This document shows positions 16,441 through 29,700 of a DNA stretch of 64,000 bases, piece after piece. The stretch's first letter is position 1. Every line of letters starts with the position of its first letter. Location: NCBI GenBank assembly GCA_050613775.1, contig JBODTK010000137.1, forward strand, positions 1-64,000, written 5' to 3'. Source of the DNA: Neocallimastix sp. 'constans'. Lineage: Eukaryota. Made by a program: the position numbers and the translations under genes. The notes beneath the pieces were generated by a model that was given only the letters and a program-made list of their open reading frames with translations, ran no database searches and had not been told where the DNA came from.

Positions 16441-18344
16441 TTTGAAAAAAAAAATCTGAAAATAATTAGAAGAAGTAATGAAATCAATATTTTAATAAAA
16501 AATTACAGAAATATATATAGAAAGAGAGTTAATTTGTATTATTGTAATAGAAATAATATTGTCGAATTATGGTATGATAGTTTAATTGATTTAAATAATA
16601 TAAATACCAATTTATAAATTAGTATTTTTCTAACCTTTTAAAATTAATATCATGGAATTAAATTAATCTTAATAGTATTTATTTTTTTGGTATTTTTTTA
16701 AAGACTATAACTTAAATCATTCCATTCAGCAATAGTTCAAAATTCTTTAGTATCAGTATTAAAGAATGTTATTAAAAAAATATTGTATCTTTTATAAAAA
16801 TATAAATTTTTATTTCATTAAAATTTTATTTCGTTAAAATTTTATTTCGTTAAAATTTAAGTTGTTATTATTACATTCCAGTAAAAAATATATATTTATA
16901 AACTTTAATTTAAATAAGATTAAATATAAGAGTCATATATCAATTAAAAAATATTATTAAATAATTATATAAAAAAATACTTTAAAACATAAATCCTTTA
17001 TATTATATTATTTATTTAGTAAATAATCTGGGTTTTCAAATTTTCAAATATATAAACAGTTTTTTAATAATACTTTTTCAATATTTCTAAATGATAATTA
17101 TTAGGTTTATAATTGATTTTTATTTATTCAAATAATATTAAATTACTATACAAATAATTAAATATTTTTATATAAATTATCTTTTTTTAATTTTTAATTT
17201 TTTTATATTTTAAATAAATATTAATTAATCCAGTTTATCCACTAAATATATTTAGATATAAAGCATTATGAAAATAAATTTATATTTATTTTTTATTATA
17301 ATCATTTATTTATTATTAATAATAAATTATTTATTTTTGCTAGAAGAAAAGGAACACATGACCACCCAAATAATGATTATGTAATTTGAACATTGAATTA
17401 TCTTTAATAATAAAATATTAAAATTATCAATATAATATATGTCAACTCGTTTTTTAATCATTTATTTATAATTTTATATATATATTTGTGTATTAAAAAT
17501 TTTAAACTCCAAATGCACCACATTCATTACATTATATATGCACTTTTCAGAAATGTACTATTCTCATTGAATTATTATATTTCATTATTTAATGAATTTT
17601 TTCAGAAAAAGTATATTTTATACTTATTATTAAATATATATTTACTTGCTTGTAATTATTTATTTCATATATACATTTTATTAAAACTGAATAAAACCTA
17701 AATACATGAATTGAAAGCCTCTTAAAATTTTTATATTTATAATTAATAATTAATAAAGTTATATATGTATTAATAATGTATAAACTTGTGTAAGACCTCA
17801 TGATTGAAATCTAAATAATTTCAAAAACTATTTAACTATATTAGGAACATGAAACTATTTAATTATAGAGTATCTGAATAGTAACAAAAATCATTAAAAA
17901 TATTTAATTATGTAGTATCTGAATAGTAGCAAAAATCATAAAGAAGAAATATGATAGTATTATAAATAAAAACATAGAAAAAATATATTATTATAAATAA
18001 AAAATTAATATATAAATTAATATATATTTAAATTTTTGTATAAATAAATAAATTAAATAATTAAGAGTATATATATATATAAATAAATAAAATAAATAAA
18101 TATAAATATAAATATATAACAAAATAAGAAATTAGCTATTAGTTTGAAATAACCCTATATTTCCTATTATATTTGATAGTTATAAAAATATATATAAATA
18201 TACCATAATTAGATTAATTTAAAATAAAAGGGTCTAGAATAAATAACTAAATATAAAAATAAAATAATTAATAAATAATTTAATAATAGAATTATAATAA
18301 AATAAAAGTTTCGTTTATTTTGCTATACATAAATATATATCAGA

Positions 18345-18492
18345 CTAGGAAAAATACTCAGTAAGGCCATCCAACAGGGATAATATCCTCCTATGCGAAA
18401 GCATACGGAAGTGTTGAAGTGTTGTGACTACCTCAATATTCCCATGTCCTTGAGGGGGGGAGGCTAAAAATAAAGGCGATACATGCTGGAAG
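18345..18492 (-). ncRNA. Unannotated GC-rich structured element, copy A (ncRNA or non-autonomous mobile element)
   Basis: Homologous to 33148-33317 (22-nt identical core TGGGAATATTGAGGTAGTCACA); pairing is conserved between copies. Family not recognised. Confidence 0.55.
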
Positions 18493-19743
18493 TAAAAAAA
18501 AAAAAAAAAAAGACTTGGAAAAAAATATATTTTTATATAATTAAATATATGGAAAATATTGTTTTACATGAAATAAAATAATAATAAATATAAATATTCA
18601 TACAAAAAAAGAAAAATTAATTATTTAAACATTAATAAAATAACAAGGAAATAATATTAAATTTATTTAAGAATTTTTGGAATATTCAAGTATCTATATA
18701 AAATATAATAAATTGTAATATAATATTATATAATATATAATTTTTATAATTATTTTTATACAGAAAATTTTAAATTTGTCAATAATTTTATTAATATTAA
18801 TGTTACTATTTTATTATATTTTTTTATTATTGTTATTTTGTTATTGTTGATTAAATCATTTATAAAAGTTGATATAATATTATGTGTATAATTATGTTTA
18901 ATTATGTATAATAAATATATATATTGAAAAATTAATTCATATGCTTATATGCTTTTAGATTTATATTAAGTTCTTTATAATTTATAACTTTATTCCAATC
19001 AATTTAATAATATTATATAACCCATATGATAATTTATATATATATTGTTTAATTTCTTCTATATTTTTCTTTAAAAATCAAAATATATTCTTAATTCACA
19101 ATTATAATTTTATTTTTATACATGCGAGAGTTCAAAAGATTTATACTACTAATAATTTTATACTAAATCAGTTCATTAATCATAAATTTTTTTTAGTAAA
19201 GTATATATTAATTTAAATAGTTTATTACTTTAAAATATAACTATTAATAAGAAGAGTTACCATTCTAATTCAAATTTCTTCTTATTTATTTATTATATTA
19301 TTTTAAAAAAATATTTTTTTTAATAAAATATAATAATAACTAATATTAAGAAATTGGAATATTCTTATCCTTAATTCTTAATTTATTAAACATATTTAAA
19401 TATGTATATATAAATTAAATTTATATATAAAGAATATATTATAAATATATTATGTTTTATTATATTCAATAATGTGAAATAATTGTAATATTTAATTTAA
19501 TTAATAATAATTATTTTTATTATTAATTTATAATTTTATATAAAATATTTCTTTTTCGAAAACTTTAATTTTTCAATAATATATAAATATATACATTTTT
19601 TTTCTTTATTTTTTTCCTTTTTTTAAAAAATGAAAAATAAAGCAAATATTTTAAATTATAAAGAAAATTAAATATATTTATATATATACGCCTTTAAAAT
19701 AGTATAAGAGAAAAATATTTATTTTTAAAAGTAAAAAATACAA

Positions 19744-19774
<31 letters not shown>

Positions 19775-20213
19775 TAAAATATAAAAAAGTATTCAATAAA
19801 AAAAAATAGGTTTATATATATAAATAGTAATAATAAAATTTTATTAAAAATAATAATGTTTAAAAGTAATAAAAATTTTTAATATATAATAATAAAAGTA
19901 GATTTATATATAAAGAAATAATAATAATAAAAAAATCACTAATTGATATTTATATTAAAATTTAAATAGGGTTAATATTAAATTAATTTATTAAAAATAA
20001 AGATTTAATATTTTTATTATATTTTATATTATTTTTATTTTTATTTATTTATTATTATTTTTTTTTACAACTACAATAACAAAAAAAAAAAAAAAAAAAA
20101 AAAAAATAAAATACTTAAATTTTTATTTCTATTAATAAATAAAATAAAATAAATATATATATTACAAAGTCATTGAATAAATATTTTAATACCTGAAACG
20201 AAAAATTATCTTA

Positions 20214-23060
20214 ATGAATGGTTATAATCAATTAACTAATTTAATATATAAATGCAATATTAGAGAATTGAAATCATTTATTAATGAAGATGGGAATTTT
20301 GTTAAAAAATTAAGAAATAACTCTTTCGATATTTTAATTTTTGCTATTGAAACGAAAGTACCATTAGAATGTATTAATTATATTGTTCATGATTACAAAA
20401 ATTTAAATTTTGAAATAAAGGGAAATAAAATTCCGCTATATTTAGCATTCCAACAAAATCGATTAGCACTAGCAACAATATTATTACAAAATAATGCAGA
20501 TATTAATTATTTAGATAATTATGGTAATAATGTTTTAATTTATCTATATCGTAATAATTGTTTAAATGAGAAAAATTTAAAATTCATCTTAAATAAAGGT
20601 ATAAATATAAATTATGAAGATAAAAATCAAAAAAAAATATTAGATTACTTAGTTCTTTCTCAACAAACAAATTTGATAAAGTTAATTATAGAACATACCA
20701 TATATAATAAAAATTTTATCTTAAATATGATAAATTTACATAAAAAGCAAATTAAGTTATCATCAAAAAAATTAGAGAGTGTTTTGGTTACAGAAAAAAA
20801 CAGGATAATTATTAACAAATATATGTATATATCTGCTATTAAAAATGATAATTTTTATATTCTAAAAATGCTATTTGAAAATGACGGGAATAAGCACATT
20901 TTAGATATGATTAAGGGCTATCATCTTATTATTAAAGCAACAGAGAAAGGAAATATCACTATAATCAAATATTTATTAAAAAAAGGCGCAAATATTGATG
21001 ATGGTGATATTAAAGGTAATACTGCATTAATAATAGCTTCAAAGTATGGATATATGGAAGTTATTAAATATTTATTAGAAAATGGTGCGGATATTAATTT
21101 AAAAAATAAAAATGGAAATAATGCATTAATGATAGCAACTAAATATAATCAATTTCTTGCAGTTAAGTATTTAATTACGTATGGTGCTGAAGTTAATGAA
21201 AGTTACCATAGTGGATGGACGCCTATAATGATAGCTTCAAAAAATGGAAACCTTGAAATGGTTAAGTATTTAAGATCAAATGGTGGACTTATTCAGTCTC
21301 AAAATAGGCATGGATGGACTTCACTTATGGCTGCTGCTGAAGGTGGTCATGTCGATATTGTTCGTTATTTAATACAATGCCATGCTGATGTTAATGCACG
21401 TAACAAAAATGGATGGACAGCATTAATGATTGCTTCTAGTAAAGGTTATATTTCTGTAGTAGAAGAACTTCTTAAAAACGGTGCGATATCTTGTATTAAT
21501 ATTAAAGATAATGTAGGTTGGACTGCTTTAATGGTTGCATCTCAAAATGGTTATAAATCTATAGTGGAAAGATTAATCAATGCATCACCAACTACTAATA
21601 TTAATGCAAGAGCTAATAATCATTCTGATGCTTTGATTTATGCATGCCATGGACATCATATTTCCACTGTTAAATATCTTTTAGAGCATGGTGCTGATAT
21701 TCATAATAAAAATAATAAAGGACAAACTCCCTTATTAATTTCTATTCAAAATAATTATCTTGATCAAGTGCAATTATTATTAGATAATGGAGCTGATCCT
21801 AAAGATATGGATAACTCCCAAACTACTTCACTTCTTTTCGCCGTTAAAAATGGTATCCACGCTAAGGAAATGATTAATCTTCTTATTAAATACCCAATTT
21901 TAATAAATAAAAAAAACGATGAAGGTGATTCCCCATTAATTGTTGCTACAAGATTAGGATTATTAGATATTATTCAATTATTATTTGAAAAATGTCGAGC
22001 AAATATCAATATTAATGATAAAAATGGTAATACAGCTTTAATGATTGCCTCTTTTAACAATTCAATTGATATAGTACGTTATCTTATTAAGAGAAATGCA
22101 GATATTTATCACATTTCTAATAACGGAAGTACTGCTATTATGGCTGCATGCCAAAATGGTAATAAAGAAATTGTTCAACTTTTAATCGAAAACGGTGAGA
22201 ATATAAATCGTAAAGATATTAATGGATATTCACTTTTAATGATGGCTTCACAAAACAATCATATAAAAATTGTAAAATATTTATTAAATAAAGGAGCCGA
22301 TATTTATGATAAAAATGTTAATGGTAATACAGCTTTAATTATAGCATCTGCCAATGGACATGATGAAATTGTTAAACTTTTATTAAATGTTTATTATAAA
22401 CATTTAAAAATGTTTAATGAAAATACTAATATAAATAATAAAAAGAGTTATATAGATATTACTAATAAACTTTCTTATAATTCTTTAATGTATGCTTCCA
22501 AAAATGGACATTTAAAAGTGGTGAAACTGCTTGTTAGCAATTTAGCAAATGTAAATATCAAAAATAGTAATGGTGATACCCCATTAATGTTGGCTACTGA
22601 ACATAATTTTTTCGATATTGTAAAATATTTAATAGAAAATAAATCTTATTTAAATTTATCAAATAAACAAGGGGAAACCCCATTACTGTATGCAGTTAAA
22701 AAAGGTTACTTTGATATTATGAAATATTTAATTGAACATGGTGTAGATATTAATAATAGTAAAAATAAACAAGGTAACTCACTACTGATGATTGCAACAG
22801 AAAATGGATATGAAAAAATTGTAAAATATTTAGTAGAACATGGTGCTAATATTAATGAACAAAAAAAGCGTAATTCATTCTTCATGAGAAATATAATAGA
22901 AAAGAAATATATGGGAATTATTCGTAATGTTATGGGGGATTATATGAAGAATGAAGAACAATATGGAACAACTGCAGTAATGATTGCCTCGGAAAAGGGT
23001 AATAAAGAAATTGTAAAATATTTAATTGAAAATGGAGCAAAAATTGATGAAAAAAAATAA
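20214..23060 (+). CDS. Intronless ankyrin-repeat protein (948 aa)
   Basis: Around 20 repeats of G.TALM.A...G..EIVKYL.E.GA.IN; N-terminal region shared with the 33971 paralog. Confidence 0.95.
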   Translation: MNGYNQLTNLIYKCNIRELKSFINEDGNFVKKLRNNSFDILIFAIETKVPLECINYIVHDYKNLNFEIKGNKIPLYLAFQQNRLALATILLQNNADINYLDNYGNNVLIYLYRNNCLNEKNLKFILNKGININYEDKNQKKILDYLVLSQQTNLIKLIIEHTIYNKNFILNMINLHKKQIKLSSKKLESVLVTEKNRIIINKYMYISAIKNDNFYILKMLFENDGNKHILDMIKGYHLIIKATEKGNITIIKYLLKKGANIDDGDIKGNTALIIASKYGYMEVIKYLLENGADINLKNKNGNNALMIATKYNQFLAVKYLITYGAEVNESYHSGWTPIMIASKNGNLEMVKYLRSNGGLIQSQNRHGWTSLMAAAEGGHVDIVRYLIQCHADVNARNKNGWTALMIASSKGYISVVEELLKNGAISCINIKDNVGWTALMVASQNGYKSIVERLINASPTTNINARANNHSDALIYACHGHHISTVKYLLEHGADIHNKNNKGQTPLLISIQNNYLDQVQLLLDNGADPKDMDNSQTTSLLFAVKNGIHAKEMINLLIKYPILINKKNDEGDSPLIVATRLGLLDIIQLLFEKCRANININDKNGNTALMIASFNNSIDIVRYLIKRNADIYHISNNGSTAIMAACQNGNKEIVQLLIENGENINRKDINGYSLLMMASQNNHIKIVKYLLNKGADIYDKNVNGNTALIIASANGHDEIVKLLLNVYYKHLKMFNENTNINNKKSYIDITNKLSYNSLMYASKNGHLKVVKLLVSNLANVNIKNSNGDTPLMLATEHNFFDIVKYLIENKSYLNLSNKQGETPLLYAVKKGYFDIMKYLIEHGVDINNSKNKQGNSLLMIATENGYEKIVKYLVEHGANINEQKKRNSFFMRNIIEKKYMGIIRNVMGDYMKNEEQYGTTAVMIASEKGNKEIVKYLIENGAKIDEKK

Positions 23061-23602
23061 TTGCTTAATAAATCCTTTCAGAAATAATAATAACGAGGTA
23101 TTTAAATGTTTTAAAAATCATTATAGCAATTTGTTCTATTTAATTTAGTTTTATTTTTTTATAAATGATAAATAAATAAATAAATAGATAAATAAATAAA
23201 TAAATAAATAAAAAGTATTATATATAATAAATTTTAATATTTGTTAAATTTATATATTATTTATATAAAAAGAAAACCTATATAAAATAATAAAAAAGAT
23301 ATATTGAAATTAATATAAGTAATAAATACCTTTATTAATTTTTATATATATATTATAAATTACATTAAATGCTAATAATAATATATATATATATTAATTA
23401 CATTAAAAGATTTATGAATAATCTTATCCTTGATTTATTTAATTTAAAATTTAATTATATATATACATATTTTTATTATAATATAAATAATATTTAAATA
23501 AAATTTAAATAAAAATAAAAATAAAAATAAAAATATAAAAAACTGTATAATAATAAGAAACAAATAAATAATAAATAATAATAAATAATAAATAATAATA
23601 AA

Positions 23603-23779
<177 letters not shown>

Positions 23780-24447
23780 GGACATATTTATAATTTAAAA
23801 AACAAAAACAAAAACAAATAAAAATTTTCGACAAAAATAATATAAGAAAATGTTCTTGGTTAAAAAAAAAATGTAAATATCTTTTCCAAGAATCTATCAC
23901 TATATATAGGTATAGTAATAATATTTACAATATTAACTCTATTTTCAGTCATATTTAAATATTATATAATTTAATTATTATCTAAACCCATTTTACACTG
24001 GTTTAGTAATATTATAATTATTAGAATATACCCATTTCACACTAGGAATTACCACTCAATTTTATTTCCCTTGAATATTTGGGGTATTATACTTTAAATT
24101 ATTTTATATGGGATCTCTGACATATAGTCTCCTCTATTATTATTGTTAATATATATATATTATTATTATTAATAGTCTAATAATTATTAAATATCAAATT
24201 ATGATTTTAATTAATAGTATTTATAAGAGTATGAAGATACATAATTTGTTCTTATATATGCTTAAGAGTGTTATTCTCAATTAAATTAATATTTTTATAT
24301 TTTTTGAGTTTTAACTTAAAATTCAAATTTATTTTTCTTTTATATAATATTGTGTCAGGCAAACAGTTCTTTCACTGAAAATCTATATCCTACATGTATT
24401 TTTTAAAATAAAATTAATAAAGTTTTGGAAGTGTATTCTCTTCCCTG

Positions 24448-24486
<39 letters not shown>

Positions 24487-24940
24487 TCTATATAAGAATC
24501 AGATAAGTCTTTTAATATAAAGAATTTAGGTTTTATGATTTTGTCACCTTTAATAATACATTTATGATAAAGAGTAACTAGCACTTAATTATTTTAAATT
24601 AAATACTTTTATTCTATTATATTGTGGCTTGAACTTTATTTATATTAAAATATGTTTTTATACATCTGATACTTGTTTTTCATATATTTCACATATTCTA
24701 ACAATATATTATACATTTTTTTTTTTTTTTTTTTTATAAATTTAATTATATATTAATTATAAACTAAATTTATACTTTCATAATAAATCAGTAATAAATA
24801 AATAAATAATAATTATTATTTTATAAAAAATTTTTATTATTATGGTTGAAATATGGATTATTATAAATTTAATGTTTAATATTATTTTAGTATTTTTTTT
24901 TTTTTTTAATAAAAGAATATTATTTTATAGAATTTTTTCT

Positions 24941-25180
24941 AGACTGGGATTAACAATAGGGCCTCCAGTCTCTCCCTTAAACGTATCGGACTCTCAATGG
25001 ATTCTTTGCCATACCATTTTGACGAGGATCTCTAAGCAGGGTTAATATGAAAGACATTACCCATAAGCTGCTTTATACAATTTCTCCCTAAATGATCTCT
25101 GGAACCATCATTTAGGGAGAAATCTTATGTAGTATTAGTCCTGAGTATTAACTACTAGGGTAAAAATTGGCAAGAATTAT
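24941..25180. other. GC-enriched multi-hairpin island including a perfect 17-bp inverted repeat
   Basis: ATTTCTCCCTAAATGAT (25080-25096), 10-nt loop, ATCATTTAGGGAGAAAT (25107-25123); further stems AGACTGG/CCAGTCT, AAGCAG/CTGCTT, GTAGT/ACTAC, TTGCCA/TGGCAA. Confidence 0.6.
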
Positions 25181-26735
25181 GCAATTTCAAAAAAAATTAG
25201 GAGCTACTATTTCATATAATTAAAAAAAAAATAAATAAAAAAAACCTATATAAGATATTAAAAAATAAACTTCTTTCGATAATTACTTTTGGTAGAAACT
25301 TTATATTAATTTTTTAATTTTAAGTCTTTATTTAGTTTTTATTTATAATTTTTATTTATTAAAAACTCTCTTATTTATTTTACTTCAGTTCTTAAAATTC
25401 TTAATTTCTTTTATAATATTTTTTTTAATAATAATTATTTAATATGATTTAATAAAAGCCACAAATATATAAATTTATGCTTTTTTTTTTTTTTTTTAAA
25501 TTTAAATTTCTATAAAATATATAAATATTATGTTTTTTTTTTCTATTATATTTTTAAACTTTATTATTATTTTATTTTTTTTTTTAATTAATTCTCCACT
25601 TTTTAATTAAATTTTTAGAATATATATTTTTTTATAATATTTCAATAAATTTAAATTTTTTTAAATCGTTTAATGGTATAAAAATTTTTTATATCAAATT
25701 TAAAATATTACTTATTGGCCACTAAATTTAATGAAGTATTAATTTTAGTAAATTAAAATTAAAAAGATTAAAGAACATTTTGATATAATTTTTATAAGAA
25801 TATACTTTTCCTAGATATGTAAATAAAAAAAATAGATAAATATAAATAAATAGATAAATATATATACATATTTTAATTTAAAGATTATATAAAATATTTT
25901 ATTACATATTAATAATTTTTTTAAAAACTATAGCTTTTTATTTTTATTTTAGTTTTTTATGTTATTTTATTAATTTAAATAATATTTATAATTATTATAA
26001 AATGATATTTTGTAAAAAAGAATTATTATCACAGCTTTTTTTCTTTCAATATAATTGTTATATTTTTATATTATTAATGTTTTTCCAATTAATATAATTA
26101 TTATATTATAATTATGACTGAAATATAAAAACATTTTCTTTTTAGTAGTTTATACCCAATGATGTGGACTTTTTTTCCAGGTCCATGGAGGGTTGATGGA
26201 AAAGGAATAGCCTATATCAGGTGTACTAATTACGGCTTTATGTGATTCTGATGATAATCGATGGCTATCATTTCTAAATTGGCTTCTAGTACGAAGAGTG
26301 TAAATTAGAATACTGGAAAACTGTTGAAAGTGAACCTGATGTTTTATATTGTTTTAAACTGGATATGTAGTAACATTGGAGTTGTATAATTAATAATATC
26401 ATGTAGTTTCTACATATTATCATTGTAATGAATCTATTGTATTTTTTACTTTAGCATTATTTTGTATATGTATTTTTCTTTAGTATTATTTAAACTCTCA
26501 TGTAGCTATTGTAAAATGGAAATGTAGAAGATTGATTCACTCCAAAGCTTGTGTTTAAGATATTATTTAACGGATTGGAATCTTTTTATAGTCTTTCACT
26601 ATTAACATTATTTACATTTTCATTTCAGTTTTTTTCATTTCAGTTTATTTATGAGTACATTAGAGAAAATTATTTTATCAATCAAAGCTTTGCTTTACTA
26701 ATCAAATAGAATTTCAGAAACTTAAAGGATAACAG

Positions 26736-26766
<31 letters not shown>

Positions 26767-26799
26767 AGGAAAAAAGAGATTATTCATTACAACAAAATT

Positions 26800-29700
26800 C
26801 TTAAGTTTTGTTTTTATTTAAATTTTATCTAAAAGATAGGAACTTCATATTATATATATTTTTTTTTTACTATTTTATTTTTTTTTATATTTTTATTTTT
26901 ATTTTATCTATATTTAGTTTTTAGTATTTTAGTTTTCATTTGATTCATTTTTTTTTAAATTGTAATTTTTAGTTCATTATAAAAAAGATATTTTACCGGG
27001 GTTCTCGCTGTTATGGAACATCTATTTACAACACAAGGTTGATTTTATCCGTGGTATGTACTCATGGACCAATGCTAAAATGAAGGAATTTATTCATTCT
27101 AAATGCAAAAAAAATCAAGGATAATATTTTGTCAGTAAAAAGAATTACTAAATTTAATGATAGTTTCTTCAGGATAAAAGTATACACTCCAAATTTCAAC
27201 CATGAAAAAAATTTGAAGAAGTATTTGAAAAAGCAATATCAGGAGTTAAAATTTCATATCGTAGATGTTCCAAATGGAATCATAAGGTTTCTTTTCGGCA
27301 TTTTAAAAAAATTTTTAATATCTAATTACACATCCAATAATACAAACTCAGTAAACCTTAGTTCAACTAATTTAGAAAATGTTATAAATGGCAATCATGA
27401 ACTCAGTGCTCCAAATATTCCTAATCTTAATTCTCAAAATACATTTTCACATTCTAACGCAGGAAAGTTTTCTTTTTGTCTTAGTTGGAATACCAATGGA
27501 TGGAATTTTGTGAAAAGAGATAATATTGAGTACTTCAGCACGATTTTTAAATCATTATTCCTATGTTTTTAGGAAACAGGTATTGATATTAATGATGCTA
27601 GAAATCCATGTAAAGTAACACTTCCCGACTATAAATATTTCCAGAAAAGAATGGATCCAACTACTCCAGGTTGCAGAGTTTTATATCTTGGGTATCATGT
27701 CTCATGTCAAGCAGTACTTGAAGATAATTTCTACACTTATCTCGTTTTTTTAACAACATATAGTCTATGGAATCACTCTAAGTGTTCTGTAGGTAATGCC
27801 CATATTCCCATTAAGAAACACTCATTACAAGTCCGATATGCATTTTCAGAAGTTTTCACATGGCTTCAGAATCATACTGATCATCCATCGATTCTTCTTG
27901 GAGACTTTAACATGAGCACCACTGATTTACAAGATAAATTATCCAATAGTAACATTGATAACTGGTTTATTCTTCCGATTAATGGTACACCTATTTCATG
28001 GACTAGAGGAAGATATTCACCAGAACTTGATCATGCATTAGTCAATTCAAGTATGCTCAATAAAATATCAAGTGCTTATTTTATTGATTATCCTTCTGTA
28101 TCTGATCATAAACCTCTCGTAGTTTATTGTAAGAAAACTACCACAAATGAATCATTTTTGTTACCAAAAATATTTGTTAGGTGGGATAGGTATAAATGTC
28201 ATGAACTTAAGAAAGACATATGTCATCACAATAAATTTGAGATTCTTAGTGAAGAATTAGGAAATGAAGAATTTTCGATAGATTGTGTAATTGAAAAGTT
28301 CATAAACACTACTAATTCCATTTCTAAGGATTTATCGATTACATCTTCAACAGAAATTAGAAAAGCGATGTTTAGAATGTCCCAAAAATTTTATTGTCTT
28401 CAAAAGGTAAAACATATTAAATACAAACAAATTAAGCATTATGTTTCTGCAAATGATTCTAATGAATTTGCTAAAATAGCTGACTCGTTTAACAAACTAT
28501 GTGAATCAATTCATAAAAAATGTAACGAATTTAAGAAAAAAGAATATTTTTAATAATGTATTTGTTTCTTCTACAGATGAAAAACTAAAAGTTTGGCATT
28601 CTCATTAGAATTTCTTTGGGTCGGATTTTTCAGGTCATAGTTTTTCTAAAGATTATTGGAAAGATTCTGATGCATTAAGGAATTTGGGAAGTCTAAGGAA
28701 ACAAGAATGGGATATTAACCAAGGTATTAGTGATGAAGAAATTAGTGAAGCAATCTCATCTACTCCTAACTTTAAAGCTTGTGGCCCTGATGGTATTCCA
28801 ATGGAATTATTCAAAGCTTTGATTCCTTGTAAAGATAATTCAGAAGAATCATGTGATAATAATAGTAATAATTCATCTGGATTTTAATGTCTCAAAGATA
28901 TAATCAATCGAATTTGGAATGGTGACTTCCCAAAATCATGGAATAACGCATCAATAATTTCTATTTATAAAAAGGGCAATCCATCTGATTGTAATAACTA
29001 TTGTGACATCTCTCTTATCATTAATGAATTAAAAATTATAGCAAAAATCATAGCTGATAGAATCTCTAAATCTGGAATTGATGAAGGATTTATAAGACTT
29101 GAACAATATGGATTTCGTAATCGAGAAGAATGTATAAGTCCTTACACTACATTAAGAATTATATGTCAGTGACGAATATTTGAAAATAAGGATACTTACC
29201 TTGCTTTTTTGGACCTTAAAAAAGCGTATGACTCAGTGCCCATATATAATGTATTAATGAAGATTCATCACATAGGTATTAGAGGTAAGTACTATAATTT
29301 TATTGAAAATTTATACTTATCTTCCAAGGCTTGTGTAAGAGTTGATAGACAATTATCAGAATCATTTAATATTAAGAAAGGAGTTCGTCAAGGTTGTCCC
29401 CTCTCACCAATTTTGTTTAACTTGTTTATTAATGATATTTTTAATAATTGTGATAAACATGGAATCTCTATTGTTGATAAACGTTGTTGTGGAAGTCTTT
29501 TTGCAGATGATATTATGTTATGTGCTTCAACAATATCCCAACATAAGAAATGATTAAAGTTTTCCAGTAAATAGGCTAGAAATATGAAATGCAATTTTGT
29601 ATCAATAAATGTGCCAGTTTAGTAGTACGAGGGGAAGTTTCAAGATTTCTTTATAATAGTAATCCTACCTTTTATCTTTCAAGTCAGGAGTTACCTAAAA

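Noticed and set aside
17855..17940. TGTAGTATCTG resembling the U2 snRNA branch-pairing region
   Set aside because: Part of a local ~47-bp duplication; U2 5' stem, Sm site and 3' stems are absent.
18390..18410. CCTATGC-GAAA-GCATACGG resembling group II intron domain V
   Set aside because: No AGC triad or AC bulge, too short, absent from copy B, and wobble pairs favour the opposite strand.
25019..25030. TTGACGAGG resembling the glmS ribozyme core
   Set aside because: The upstream AGCGCC cleavage motif and the rest of the fold are missing.
26248..26275. CTGATGA hammerhead core or C/D-box motif
   Set aside because: No GAAA after a stem II and no convincing terminal stem or guide.
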